64,000 bases of DNA from an uncultured delta proteobacterium. GTDB lineage: Bacteria; Myxococcota; Myxococcia; Myxococcales; Anaeromyxobacteraceae. The notes beneath the pieces were generated by a model. The model saw only the letters and a list, made by a program, of their open reading frames with translations, had not been told where the DNA came from and did no database searches. The stretch covers positions 32,001 to 96,000 of the forward strand of contig CAWFDF010000003.1 in the NCBI GenBank assembly GCA_963814585.1, read 5' to 3'. The first letter of the stretch is position 1, and every line of letters begins with the position of its first letter. Below, one piece after another: positions 20,354 through 30,303 of this stretch. The position numbers were made by a program, and so were the translations under genes.

Positions 20354-22096
20354 TCACGCCGGGGCAGCCAGGCCCGGACCCAGCCGGCGCGACAGCTCGG
20401 CGGTCGCCTCGACCAGCGTGGTCACGACCGTGCCGGCGCCGGCGTCGCGGAGCCGCCTGGCGGCGAGCGCCGGATCGCCGCCCGGTTCGTCGGGCCGGAA
20501 CACCACCACCTGCCCGGGGACCCGGGCCTTGAGCCGGTGGCACAGCTCCCGCGCGAAGGGGCCTCCATCGGGCGGGAGTGCTGCGATGTAGACGACCCTG
20601 GGCGCGAGCTGCTCGACCCGTGCCACCGCCTGCGCCGGGGTGGTCCCGGGCGGCAGGATCTCCAGCGCGCCGTGCCCTGGTGCCAGCCTGGCTGCCAGCA
20701 TCTCCAGCAGCAGCTGGCTCTCCCCGCGATGGGCCGCGATGCCCAGCGCCGCCATCGGCGGAGCGTCCACGGGCCCGGTCGCGGACCTGGACAGGTGCTC
20801 GCAGACCTCCCGGGCCCCGGCCACGATGAAGCTCTCGTCCTCGGCGGTGATCTCCTTGCGGCTGGCGTCCCGGGCGGCCAGGACCAGCGTGGGGATGACG
20901 ATCTGATCCAGGACGCCCGTCAATCCCAGGGCGCCCAGGTTGGCCTGGGCGATCTCCCCGGCCCCGTCGTCGTCCCGGGCCAGCAGGCGCTGGTAGAAGC
21001 TGATCTCCGTGCCGATCACCTGGTCGTCCCCGAGCAGGACGGCCACGAACTGGAGTCCCGGAACGTGGCGACCCAGCACCGCCAGGGAGACCGTGATGGG
21101 GATGGCCAGGGCCAGGCCAACCGGCCCCCAGAGCCAGGTCCAGGCGAGCGCCGAGATGAGCAGGGCGATCGGTGAGACCCCGGTGCGGCGCCCGATGACC
21201 AGCGGCTCGACGAGGTACCCGGCCACCAGGTCCAGGACGACGAAGAGCCCGATGGTCAGGAGGGTCCTGGTCCAGCCCGCAAAGATGGCGAAGGCCAGGG
21301 CGGTGGGCATCACCATCGAGGCCGCGGCGCCGAGGTAGGGGACGAACCGGGCGAAGGCGGCCACGGCCCCCCAGAGCGCGGCATGGGGAATGCCCAGGAG
21401 GTGGAGCGCCACGCCGATGATGGCGCCGAAGGCGCCGTTGATCGCCGTCTGCGCGAGGAGGAGGCGGGTGACGCGGCGCGCCCCCTCGTCCAGCGCCCGG
21501 GTGGTCACGGTGACATTGGCCGTGCCCATCAGCCGGATCAGCCGGTTGCGGAGATCGTCCCGCTGGACGAGCATGAAGGCGCAGAGCACCAGGACGAAGA
21601 ACGTGGTGAGCAGCGGCTCCGCCAGCGGCGAGACCAGGTCCCAGAGATGGGCCGCCGGCGCGATCCGCTCCGGCATGACCTGGACCGGGACGACATTGGC
21701 AGCGGCCGGCCTGTCGAGGCCCCCCGTGACGCGGCCGACCACGGCCTCGACCCGCGCCATGGGCTTGGCGCCCAGGTCTCCCAGCGCCGTCACCTTCCGC
21801 CGCATCGATTCGGCGTAGGTGCCGAGCTGCGACGTCAAGTCGTCGAGCTGGGAGGTCAGGCCATAGCCAGCGCTCCCCAGGGCGCCGACGGCAAGCAGCA
21901 TCACCAGGATCAGCGCGGGGATGCGGGAGATGCGACGCTGGAGCCACTGCATGGGTGGCGTGAGGGCGAAGGCCAGGAAGGCCGCGAAGGCGATCGGCAT
22001 CAACACCGGGCGCCCCAGGCTCAGGATGGCGACCACGACCGTGACCGTCAGGAGCTTGACGAGGATTGGCGGCGACGTCGATCGAACGGATTCCAT
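20354..22096 (-). CDS. AI-2E family transporter with a C-terminal soluble extension
   Basis: Multiple TM segments, RFVPYLG, VEPLVIG and WTWLWGPVGLALAIP. Confidence 0.88.
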   Translation of the reverse strand: MESVRSTSPPILVKLLTVTVVVAILSLGRPVLMPIAFAAFLAFALTPPMQWLQRRISRIPALILVMLLAVGALGSAGYGLTSQLDDLTSQLGTYAESMRRKVTALGDLGAKPMARVEAVVGRVTGGLDRPAAANVVPVQVMPERIAPAAHLWDLVSPLAEPLLTTFFVLVLCAFMLVQRDDLRNRLIRLMGTANVTVTTRALDEGARRVTRLLLAQTAINGAFGAIIGVALHLLGIPHAALWGAVAAFARFVPYLGAAASMVMPTALAFAIFAGWTRTLLTIGLFVVLDLVAGYLVEPLVIGRRTGVSPIALLISALAWTWLWGPVGLALAIPITVSLAVLGRHVPGLQFVAVLLGDDQVIGTEISFYQRLLARDDDGAGEIAQANLGALGLTGVLDQIVIPTLVLAARDASRKEITAEDESFIVAGAREVCEHLSRSATGPVDAPPMAALGIAAHRGESQLLLEMLAARLAPGHGALEILPPGTTPAQAVARVEQLAPRVVYIAALPPDGGPFARELCHRLKARVPGQVVVFRPDEPGGDPALAARRLRDAGAGTVVTTLVEATAELSRRLGPGLAAPA

Positions 22097-22380
22097 GGTG
22101 CCCTCCTTCGCATCAGCCGGGCCAGCGGGCCGGCGGGCGAAGAACGCCAGTGATTCCATGCTCCGGTCGCTGGCCTGGGTCCGCGGTGGGAGGAATGCGA
22201 GATCCCCCGAGGTGGCTCGAGACCATCAACATGAGTTGATGCTCCATCGATTCGATGTGGTGCCGGCGGTGGCGAGCGGCACGTCGTCCCTGTTACGCTT
22301 CATGGGTGACGGGCGCTGTGTAGCCTCGGGAGCCTCCGCTGACTGACGCCAACACAACTTCCCCGGACGAGCCGGCTCCG

Positions 22381-23829
22381 GTGGCCGGGGGCCTCCCCCG
22401 CATCATCCAGGGCGGGATGGGGATCGCCGTCTCCAACTGGCGCCTGGCCAGCGCGGTGGCTCGCCTCGGCCAGCTGGGCGTGGTCTCGGGGGTCGCCATC
22501 GACTCCGTGCTGGCTCGCCGGCTCCAGGACGGCGACCCGGGCGGCCACATGCGGCGCGCCATGGGGCGCTTTCCCATCCCGCAGGTCGCCTCCGAGGCGC
22601 TGGCGAGCTACTTCCGCCCCGAGGGCCGTGCACCGGGAGAGCCCTACGCCCTCCTGCCCATGTACCAGCAGGTGGTCTCACGCTCCCGGGACCTGTTCTC
22701 CGTCCTCTCCTCCTTCGTCGAGGTCCACCTCGCCAGGGAGGGCCACGCCGGCCTCGTCGGCATCAACCTGCTGACCAAGATCCAGATGGGGAACCTCCCC
22801 TTCCTCTACGGCGCCATCCTGGCCGGGGTGGACTACGTGATCATGGGCGCCGGCATCCCGCGCGAGATCCCGGGCGCGCTCGACGCGCTGGCGAGGCACC
22901 AGCCGGCGCAGCTGCGGCTCGAGCTGGAGGGGGCCGCGCCGGGGCAGGCCGAGTACCTGCGCTTCGACCCGGCCGCCTGCTGGGAGGGCGCCCCGCCTCC
23001 CGTGGTGCGCCCGCGCTTCCTCCCCATCGTCGCCAGCAACCTGCTGGCGACCATGCTCCTGAAGAAGGCCTCCGGCCGCATCGACGGGTTCATCATCGAG
23101 GGCCCCACGGCCGGCGGGCACAACGCCCCGCCGCGGGACCGCGGCGTCTCCCCGGAGACGGGTGAGCCGCTCTACGGCGAGCGCGACGTGGTCGACCTGG
23201 AGCAGATCCGCAAGCTCGGCCTGCCCTTCTGGGTGGCCGGCAGCGCCGGACGGCCGGCGCGGCTCCAGGAGGCGCTCGCGGCGGGCGCGGCGGGCATCCA
23301 GGTCGGCACCCTGTTCGCCTACTGCGACGAGTCGGGCCTCACCGACCCCATCCGCAGCGGGGTCCTGGAGAGCGTCCGGCGCGGGACGGTCCGCATCCGC
23401 ACCGACGCGCGCGCCTCACCCACCGGGTTCCCGTTCAAGCTGGTCTCCTGGGACGACGACCCGGCCGTCGGCGTGGTCCGCAAGCGCGTCTGCGATCTCG
23501 GCTACCTGCGCGACGCCTACGCGCGCGGCGAGAAGGGGATCGGGTATCGCTGCGCCAGCGAGCCCGAGGAGCAGTTCACCAACAAGGGCGGCGCGGCGGA
23601 CGAGACGCCGGGGCGCCAGTGCCTGTGCAACGCCCTGCTCGCCACCATCGGGCTGGGACAGGTCCGCGACGGCGGCGCGGTCGAGCCGCCCCTGCTGACG
23701 AGCGGCGACGAGGTGACGAACCTGGCGGACTTCCTCGGCGGCCGCACCCACTACGCCGCGGCCGACGTGGTGCGCTGGCTGCTGGGTGGCGCGGACCAGC
23801 GGGTTCAGGCCGCAGGTGACCCGCGGTGA
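22381..23829 (+). CDS. nitronate monooxygenase-family flavoprotein (start uncertain)
   Basis: IIQGGMG, MGAGIP, EGPTAGGH and GIQVGT motifs. Confidence 0.85.
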   Translation: MAGGLPRIIQGGMGIAVSNWRLASAVARLGQLGVVSGVAIDSVLARRLQDGDPGGHMRRAMGRFPIPQVASEALASYFRPEGRAPGEPYALLPMYQQVVSRSRDLFSVLSSFVEVHLAREGHAGLVGINLLTKIQMGNLPFLYGAILAGVDYVIMGAGIPREIPGALDALARHQPAQLRLELEGAAPGQAEYLRFDPAACWEGAPPPVVRPRFLPIVASNLLATMLLKKASGRIDGFIIEGPTAGGHNAPPRDRGVSPETGEPLYGERDVVDLEQIRKLGLPFWVAGSAGRPARLQEALAAGAAGIQVGTLFAYCDESGLTDPIRSGVLESVRRGTVRIRTDARASPTGFPFKLVSWDDDPAVGVVRKRVCDLGYLRDAYARGEKGIGYRCASEPEEQFTNKGGAADETPGRQCLCNALLATIGLGQVRDGGAVEPPLLTSGDEVTNLADFLGGRTHYAAADVVRWLLGGADQRVQAAGDPR

Positions 23830-24019
23830 GCTGTCATTCGTGCGCTGGCAGGCGCGAGTGAACGCCTCGAAGGCCGTTCGCGAGCTGGGGTTCGCGCCGA
23901 GTCCTCAGGCCGAGAGCTGGCGCCGCACGGTCCAGGCTGGTCGCTGAGGAGCCATCGGCCGAGTCGAGCCTGGACCGGCCCGGGCGCCGACTCGCCTGCC
24001 AGGGTATGAACATCGCTCC

Positions 24020-24943
24020 ATGTCGATTCCCCACCTGACCCGCGTGCGGCGGGCCCTTCGCGGCGTCGCGCTGCGCGGGCTGATCGCGGTCTTCGCGGTC
24101 CTGCCGCTGCGCATCGCCCTGGCGCTGGCCAGCGGCCTGGGCTGGGCCGGCTGGAGGCTGGCCGGGTCGACCCGGCGGCGCGTGCTGGAGCACCTCGCCA
24201 TCGCCTTCCCCGACCTCTCCCCGGCCGGGCGGGAGACGCTGGGGCGGGCCAGCCTGCGCCACCTCGCCTGGCTCATCGCCGAGATGCTGTCGGTCCGCAG
24301 CTACGACGCGGCGCTGGAGAGCTACGTGACCTTCGCGCCCGGCGCCGAGGCCTCGCTCCGCCAGGTCATGGCCGAGGGGCGCGGGCTGGTCATGGTCTCC
24401 GGGCACATCGGCCACTGGGAGCTGCTGGCCCGCCGCCTGGTCCGGGCCGGCATCCCCTGCGCCACGGTGGCCCGCAGCGGCACCAACCCGATCCTGCACG
24501 CCCTCCTCGACCGCTTCCGGGCCGAGGGGAAGTTCGAGGTCCTGCTGCGCGACGACCCGGGCACGGCGCGCGCCATCATCCGCTGCCTGCGGAGCGGGAA
24601 GCTGCTGGGGCTGCTCATCGACCAGGACACCGCGGTGCAGGGGCTGTTCGTCCCGTTCTTCGGCCGCCCGGCCTGGACGCCGCGCGCGGCCGGCGACCTC
24701 GCGCTCCGCTTCCGCGCGCCGGTGGCGGTCATCTGGAGCCGCCGCCGCGGGCCCGGCGCCGGCGACGGCCACGAGCTCTCCGTCGCGCTGGTGCCCTACG
24801 ACGCGGACGCCGCCGACCGCGGGGCGGAGTCGGAGCGCATCACCGCCGCCTGCACCGCGAGGCTGGAGGCGGCCATCCGCGCCCGGCCCGAGGAGTGGGT
24901 CTGGATGCACGAGCGCTGGAAGACCCGGCCGGCCCCGGCCTGA
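24020..24943 (+). CDS. lipid A biosynthesis acyltransferase (LpxL/HtrB family)
   Basis: HxxxxE motif GHIGHWE, LIDQD, VPFFGRPA and PEEWVWMHERWK. Confidence 0.9.
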   Translation: MSIPHLTRVRRALRGVALRGLIAVFAVLPLRIALALASGLGWAGWRLAGSTRRRVLEHLAIAFPDLSPAGRETLGRASLRHLAWLIAEMLSVRSYDAALESYVTFAPGAEASLRQVMAEGRGLVMVSGHIGHWELLARRLVRAGIPCATVARSGTNPILHALLDRFRAEGKFEVLLRDDPGTARAIIRCLRSGKLLGLLIDQDTAVQGLFVPFFGRPAWTPRAAGDLALRFRAPVAVIWSRRRGPGAGDGHELSVALVPYDADAADRGAESERITAACTARLEAAIRARPEEWVWMHERWKTRPAPA

Positions 24944-25126
24944 CCCTGGCCCGCTGCTGCCGTGATGTGACGTCGGTCGCTCCCTCCTCCTTCGTCACGA
25001 GCCCAGGAGCCACCACCAGCCGTCGGGCATCGAGACGACTCGCCGGACGGCCAGGTGGACCGCCCGCCGAATGCGCTGGCATCGGGCGCCGAGGCCGAGG
25101 ACACTTCGCGTGGGGGAGCCACCGCC

Positions 25127-26029
25127 ATGACGACCACCGCACCGAGCTGCGCCGTCCACCACCGCACCTCGACGCTCGCCCTGGCGGCGCTCCTGCTCGC
25201 CGCCTCCGGGCCAGCCCGGGCCGCCGACGCGCCGGGCCTGGACGCCGCGCCCCCGCCGGCCCCCGCATCGAGCCGGCTGCTCCCCTTCGGCGCCGAATGG
25301 GCGCGGGCGCGCGGCATCGACCTCCCGTCGCCGTTCGGCGTGGGCCTCTTCGTGGTCTCGATGCGGCGGGACATCGAGGTGACCGAGGTGCGCGTCACGC
25401 TCCCCGGGAACGCGCCGGCCAGCGTCAGCAACGTGGCCAGCTTCGCCGTGCACAACGACACCACGCTGGTGGCCGCCAAGGTGGACGCCTGGCTGCTCCC
25501 GGTCCTGAACGTGTACCTGCTGGCCGGCCACTCCTGGACCGACAGCCGGCTCGACGCCACCGTCACCGTCGACCGGCCTCTCCTCCCGCCCCTGGTCCTC
25601 GACGTCACCCAGGACTCGCAGGTCGGCGGCCCGCTGATCGGCGGCGGCGCCACGCTGGTGGCGGGGTATGGCCCCTGGTTCATCATGGCGGACGCCAACT
25701 ACTCGGTCTCGGACATCAGCGCCTTCGACGACCCGCTGGGGGCCCTGTTCGTCTCGGCGCGCACCGGCTGGTCCGGCACCACCAGCTGGGGCGGGTGGCG
25801 GGGATGGGTCGGCCTCGCCTGGCTGCAGACCAGCCGCACGCTCACGGTCACGCAGCAGTCCTCGGTCGGACCGGTCCTCCTCGAGATCGACCAGCGACCC
25901 GTCAACCCGCTCACCGCCGAGCTCGGCGGGAGCCTGAGCCTCGGGAAGCGCTGGGAGGCGATGCTCGAGCTCGGGGCCAACTCGGACGACGACCGGGTCC
26001 TCGTCTTCTCGGCGGCGTTCCGCTTCTAG
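25127..26029 (+). CDS. putative outer-membrane beta-barrel protein
   Basis: Signal peptide, amphipathic beta-strands and C-terminal FSAAFRF (terminal Phe). Confidence 0.7.
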   Translation: MTTTAPSCAVHHRTSTLALAALLLAASGPARAADAPGLDAAPPPAPASSRLLPFGAEWARARGIDLPSPFGVGLFVVSMRRDIEVTEVRVTLPGNAPASVSNVASFAVHNDTTLVAAKVDAWLLPVLNVYLLAGHSWTDSRLDATVTVDRPLLPPLVLDVTQDSQVGGPLIGGGATLVAGYGPWFIMADANYSVSDISAFDDPLGALFVSARTGWSGTTSWGGWRGWVGLAWLQTSRTLTVTQQSSVGPVLLEIDQRPVNPLTAELGGSLSLGKRWEAMLELGANSDDDRVLVFSAAFRF

Positions 26030-26072
26030 GCGCCTCTCCAGCTGACGGCCTCGGCCCCGGTGGCCGAGGCCG

Positions 26073-26483
26073 CTACGCCCGCGAGACCGGCGACGGGTCG
26101 CCCTTCAGCGGCAGCAGCGCCCGCAGCCGCGGGTCGCGCAGGTACAGGCCGAGCCACGCGATCGCGCCGAGCACGGCCGGGGCCAGGAACATGCCGTCGC
26201 CCGCCCGGACGTGCGTGGCCACGGCGCCCCCCAGGTAGCCGGTCACCAGCACCGCGCCCAGGACCGAGGTCCGGGGGATGGCGTAGAGGAGCGCGCAGGC
26301 GAGCTCGGTGAGACCGATGGGCACCAGGGAGCCCGGGGGATAGCCGAAGGAGGCCCAGTCCTTGGCCATCTGCGCTCCACCCATGAGCTTGAAGGTCGCG
26401 CTCATCACCATCATCAGGGCCGGGAGCGCGCTCAGCACGCGCCCGGTCCACATCGACCTCTTCCCGACGCTCGCCTCACCCAT
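26073..26483 (-). CDS. DoxX-family membrane protein
   Basis: PRTSVLGAVLVTGYLGGAVATHVR motif and 4 TM segments. Confidence 0.88.
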   Translation of the reverse strand: MGEASVGKRSMWTGRVLSALPALMMVMSATFKLMGGAQMAKDWASFGYPPGSLVPIGLTELACALLYAIPRTSVLGAVLVTGYLGGAVATHVRAGDGMFLAPAVLGAIAWLGLYLRDPRLRALLPLKGDPSPVSRA

Positions 26484-26515
26484 GCACGCCTCCTGGTCCG
26501 GCCGCTCACCGGCCA

Positions 26516-26920
26516 TCAGATGAAGAAGGGCTTCTCCTGCGGGGGCGGGCGCAGCGGCGGCGGCTCCGACCGGATGGGCGGATGGCCGGCCGGCAGGCGC
26601 GGGACCACCCGCACCGGCGGATGACCCGGGGGGAGGAGGCCCTCCAGGACGCCGACGGGCGGGTGTCCAGGTGGGAGGCCCTGCATGCTGCTGACGGGCG
26701 GGTGGCCCGGCGGCAGGCACTCGGCCCCGCCGGCGACGGGGTCCGCCCAGGTGGCCGTCGCCAGCCCCAGCACGGCGACGTAGCCGGCGAGGAGCAGGGC
26801 GCGGACGCCCGCACTCCGAGGCGGCTTCGTTCCCGGCCCCGCCGAGGCTCCGCCCGCTTCACCCGCTGCCGGCAGCGCCTGGTTGCCCTCCGGCTCCGAG
26901 CCCCTCTCCGTCGTGATCAT
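26516..26920 (-). CDS. membrane-anchored protein with four LP(P/A)GHPP repeats
   Basis: GAGGAG RBS, one hydrophobic segment, then LPPGHPPV three times and LPAGHPPI. Confidence 0.65.
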   Translation of the reverse strand: MITTERGSEPEGNQALPAAGEAGGASAGPGTKPPRSAGVRALLLAGYVAVLGLATATWADPVAGGAECLPPGHPPVSSMQGLPPGHPPVGVLEGLLPPGHPPVRVVPRLPAGHPPIRSEPPPLRPPPQEKPFFI

Positions 26921-27080
26921 GGCTGGTCTCCTCGCTGATGCGCCTGCGCCGCGCAGGCTCCGCGGCAGGTCGGTTCCTGCTGCACCTCACCGTTCATGAC
27001 GGCGGACGCGCCTGCGCGCTCGACAGACCGCCGTCGCCACGGCCCGGGAATCCGGGGCGCGGACCTCCGGGGGCGGGCTC

Positions 27081-27109
27081 TTGACAAACGGATGTTCATC
27101 CGTTATAAA
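27081..27109 (+). promoter_or_regulatory. near-consensus sigma70 promoter with a palindromic operator in the spacer
   Basis: TTGACA-N17-TATAAA. The spacer carries AACGGATG-TT-CATCCGTT. Confidence 0.8.
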
Positions 27110-27197
27110 GGACACACCATCCAGATGGGACGAGGGGCGCGGCCCGACGACTCCCAGCCAACTCCGGCACGAGCCGGCTCGGTGGCAATGCCGCGCG

Positions 27198-27686
27198 ATG
27201 GAGTCCCAGATGATGCCGACCGTCCCGCCCCCGCCCGCCGAGCTCGAGAGGTCCCTGTCGCAGCGCTGGCTCGAGCTGCTCACCGGGGAGGGCTACCAGC
27301 CCCGGCACCAGACCAGCGTGCAGGACCCCGGGAAGACCCGCCTCCTCTTCCAGTCCGGGGGGGAGCCGCACTTCCTCTACCTCGACGAGGAGGACCCGCG
27401 GTTCTTCCGCCTCTCCCTCAGGTTCGGGCTGGGCGACCGCGCCGCCAGCGACCTCGCCCTGCTGGCCGCCGCCAACGAGCAGGGCCGGTCGACCAAGGCC
27501 ACCAAGGTGACCGTGGACCTGGAGGACCGGTGCGCCTTCTTCGAGGTCGAGGGCTTCGTGGAGGCCCCGCCCTCAGCGGCGATCTTCGAGCGGATGGTGG
27601 GCCAGTGCAGGTACGCTGCGGATCGCTTCTTCGCCCGGCTGGACCGGCCGGTCCGGCCAGCCCGTCCGGCGCCGCTGCCCTGCTGA
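27198..27686 (+). CDS. YbjN/T3SS-chaperone-like protein
   Basis: About 160 aa with the pattern L..EGYQP...F....LYLDEEDPRFFRL...AANE....KATKV, typical of this fold. Confidence 0.6.
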   Translation: MESQMMPTVPPPPAELERSLSQRWLELLTGEGYQPRHQTSVQDPGKTRLLFQSGGEPHFLYLDEEDPRFFRLSLRFGLGDRAASDLALLAAANEQGRSTKATKVTVDLEDRCAFFEVEGFVEAPPSAAIFERMVGQCRYAADRFFARLDRPVRPARPAPLPC

Positions 27687-27695
27687 GGAGGTCCC

Positions 27696-28559
27696 ATGCC
27701 CTCGCGCCCGCGCACGGCCCAACGACCCGAGGTGACCGCCGCCGCCGAGGCGCTGCGAGCGGCGCGCGCCCTCGTCGTCACCGCCGGCGCCGGCATGGGC
27801 GTGGACTCGGGCCTGCCCGACTTCCGAGGAGACGAGGGGTTCTGGAAGGCCTACCCGCCCTACCAGCGCCTCGGGATCTCCTTCGTCGAGGCCGCCAACC
27901 CGTCGGGGTTCGAGGGGGACCCCGAGTTCGGGTGGGGCTTCTACGGGCACCGGCTGGGGCTCTACCGGGCCACGGCGCCGCATCGGGGCTTCTCCATCCT
28001 CCGCTCCTGGATCGACTCGCTGGGCCTCGACGGCTTCGTGGTCACCTCCAACGTGGACGGGCAGTTCCAGAAGGCCGGCTTCGATCCGGAGCGGATCCAC
28101 GAGGTGCACGGCTCCATCCACCACCTGCAGTGCACCACGCCGTGCTCTGATGGCATCTGGCCCAACCGGGAGGAGGTCCCGGTCGATCTCGACACCATGC
28201 GCGCGCTCCAGGTGCCGCGGTGCCCCCGCTGCGGGGAGGTTTCGCGGCCCAACATCCTCATGTTCGGCGACTGGGCCTGGCTGGCCGACCGGTCGCACGG
28301 GCAGCAGCGGGCCTTCGACGCCTGGCTCGCGGAGCTCGGCGACGCGCCGCTCGCGGTGGTGGAGATGGGCGCCGGCAGCGCCATCCCCACCATCCGCATG
28401 CTCACCGAGCGGCTCGGGCGCAGGGCCGGCGCCAGGTCGATCCGGATCAACCCGCGCGAGCCCGACATCGGGGCGCCTCACCTGTCCCTGGCCATGGGCG
28501 CGCTGGAGGGGCTGGCGGCGATCGACGAGGCCCTGCGCCGGCCGGCCTCGCGGCCTTGA
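27696..28559 (+). CDS. Sir2-family NAD-dependent deacylase
   Basis: AGAGMGVDSGLPDFRG, TSNVDG, catalytic HG, Zn ligands CTTPC/CPRC and RPNILMFGD. Confidence 0.92.
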   Translation: MPSRPRTAQRPEVTAAAEALRAARALVVTAGAGMGVDSGLPDFRGDEGFWKAYPPYQRLGISFVEAANPSGFEGDPEFGWGFYGHRLGLYRATAPHRGFSILRSWIDSLGLDGFVVTSNVDGQFQKAGFDPERIHEVHGSIHHLQCTTPCSDGIWPNREEVPVDLDTMRALQVPRCPRCGEVSRPNILMFGDWAWLADRSHGQQRAFDAWLAELGDAPLAVVEMGAGSAIPTIRMLTERLGRRAGARSIRINPREPDIGAPHLSLAMGALEGLAAIDEALRRPASRP

Positions 28560-28685
28560 CCTCGTCTCCACGGCCCCCCTCGGTGCACCGGCCGCTCCGG
28601 GGCGTGGGCCTGCTCGACGATCCCACCCGAGGAGCAGCGCACCTCCGTCGCGGCGCCGCGGACGGCTCCGCGTTAGGAGCACGGC

Positions 28686-29543
28686 GTGGACGTCCACCTC
28701 GTCGACGGGACCTACGAGCTCTTCCGCGCCCACTTCGGCGCGCCCGCGGCCACCGCCCCCGACGGCGCCGAGGTGGGCGCCACCCGCGGCCTGCTCCGCT
28801 CCCTGCAGGCGCTGCTGCGCGAGCCGGGCGTGACGCACGTCGCCGTGGCCTTCGATCACGTCGTCGAGTCGTTCCGCAACCAGCTCTTCCCCGGCTACAA
28901 GACCGCCGAGGGGGTGCCGCCCGAGCTGCTGGCACAGTTCCCGCTCGCCGAGGAGGCCACCCGCGCCCTCGGCCTGGTCACCTGGCCCATGGTGGAGTTC
29001 GAGGCCGACGACGCGCTGGCCACGGCCGCCGCCCGCTTCGCCGGGGCCCCGGGCGTCGAGCGGGTGCTCCTCTGCACGCCGGACAAGGATCTGGCCCAGT
29101 GCGTGCGCGGCACGCAGGTCGTCGGCTTCGACCGGATGCGCCGGCGCGTCGTCGACGAGGCCGCGGTCCGGGCCCGCTTCGGCGTCGGCCCGGCGTCGAT
29201 CCCCGACTGGCTGGCGCTGGTGGGCGACACCGCCGACGGCATCCCCGGCGTGCCACGCTTCGGCGAGAAGTCGGCCTCGGCGGTGCTGGCCCGCTACGCC
29301 CACCTGGAGGCCATCCCGGACGACGCCGCGCGCTGGGACGTGCCGGTGCGTGGCGCGGCCTCGCTGGCCGCCAGCCTGGCCTCCCACCGCGAGGCGGCCG
29401 GCCTCTACCGGACGCTGGCCACCGTGCGCACCGACGTCCCGCTGGGCGAGGACCTCGAGGCCCTGCGCTGTCGCGGGCCGCGCCCCGACCTCCTCGAGGC
29501 GCTGGGCCGGCGGCTCGGCGACTCCAGGCTGGCGGCGAGGTGA
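28686..29543 (+). CDS. stand-alone 5'-3' exonuclease/flap endonuclease
   Basis: LVDG, YK, EADD, DKD and ALVGDTADGIPGV (H3TH) motifs. Confidence 0.9.
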   Translation: MDVHLVDGTYELFRAHFGAPAATAPDGAEVGATRGLLRSLQALLREPGVTHVAVAFDHVVESFRNQLFPGYKTAEGVPPELLAQFPLAEEATRALGLVTWPMVEFEADDALATAAARFAGAPGVERVLLCTPDKDLAQCVRGTQVVGFDRMRRRVVDEAAVRARFGVGPASIPDWLALVGDTADGIPGVPRFGEKSASAVLARYAHLEAIPDDAARWDVPVRGAASLAASLASHREAAGLYRTLATVRTDVPLGEDLEALRCRGPRPDLLEALGRRLGDSRLAAR

Positions 29544-29573
29544 AGGGCCGGCCAGGGCGCCGCGCCCCTGGAT

Positions 29574-30125
29574 TCACTCGCCGTCGTGCTCGAGCTCGCC
29601 CTGCCAGTACTCGAGGTCGCGCACGAACTGCCTCCACGAGGGCGGCGCGTCGGGGTGGAGCAGGAACGTCAGCCGCAGCGTGTCCGGCAGCCACGCCGGC
29701 TTCACCGGCACCGAGATCAGGCGCATCCTCGCCTGGTCCGGCGTCCGCCCGCCCTTCCGCTGGTTGCAGGGCGAGCAGGCGATGACCACGTTCTCCCAGG
29801 TCGTCCGCCCTCCCAGCGACCGGGGGACGACGTGGTCGTAGGTGGCTCCCGGCCGGGGGACCTGGTGGCCACAGTACTGGCAGTGGCCCTTGTCCCTCGA
29901 GTAGACGTTCTCGCGGGAGAACTTCACGGCCTGCTTCCGGTGGCGGACCTTGCGCAGGAACCGGATGATGCTGGGGACCTTGATCTCCAGGGTGACCGAT
30001 CGGATCAGCCGGTCCTGGTACTCCTCGATGACCTCGACCTTGCCGAGCCAGATCAGGGTCACGGCCCGCTGCCACGTCACGTGGGCGACGGGCACGTAGC
30101 TGGATGACAGGACCAGGGTATCCAT
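29574..30125 (-). CDS. HNH endonuclease (McrA-like)
   Basis: RD..CQYCG...TYDHVVPRSLGG.TTWENVVIACSPCNQRKG. Confidence 0.92.
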   Translation of the reverse strand: MDTLVLSSSYVPVAHVTWQRAVTLIWLGKVEVIEEYQDRLIRSVTLEIKVPSIIRFLRKVRHRKQAVKFSRENVYSRDKGHCQYCGHQVPRPGATYDHVVPRSLGGRTTWENVVIACSPCNQRKGGRTPDQARMRLISVPVKPAWLPDTLRLTFLLHPDAPPSWRQFVRDLEYWQGELEHDGE

Positions 30126-30303
30126 CGCCGCGCTCCTCCCGAGGAGCGGATGGTACCCCGGCGCGGCGCCTCCCCGCGACCCTCTCCGCACCGTTCATCC
30201 CGTCGCGGGCCGCCGCCCTCCTCCTCCACCCCGGCCTGATGCACCCCACGTCCACGCCAGGGCCATGAGCTTGGCCGGCCGCCCCAATCCTGCCGGGCGC
30301 GAG

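Noticed and set aside
10440..24846. The 80-bp repeat pair as a diversity-generating retroelement TR/VR
   Set aside because: The 7 mismatches are not adenine-specific in either direction, and there is no reverse transcriptase in the window.
27696..28559. Sir2 as a Thoeris/DSR/Sir2-HerA defence NADase
   Set aside because: It has the Zn-binding insert and motifs of a classical sirtuin deacylase, and none of those systems' partner genes is adjacent.
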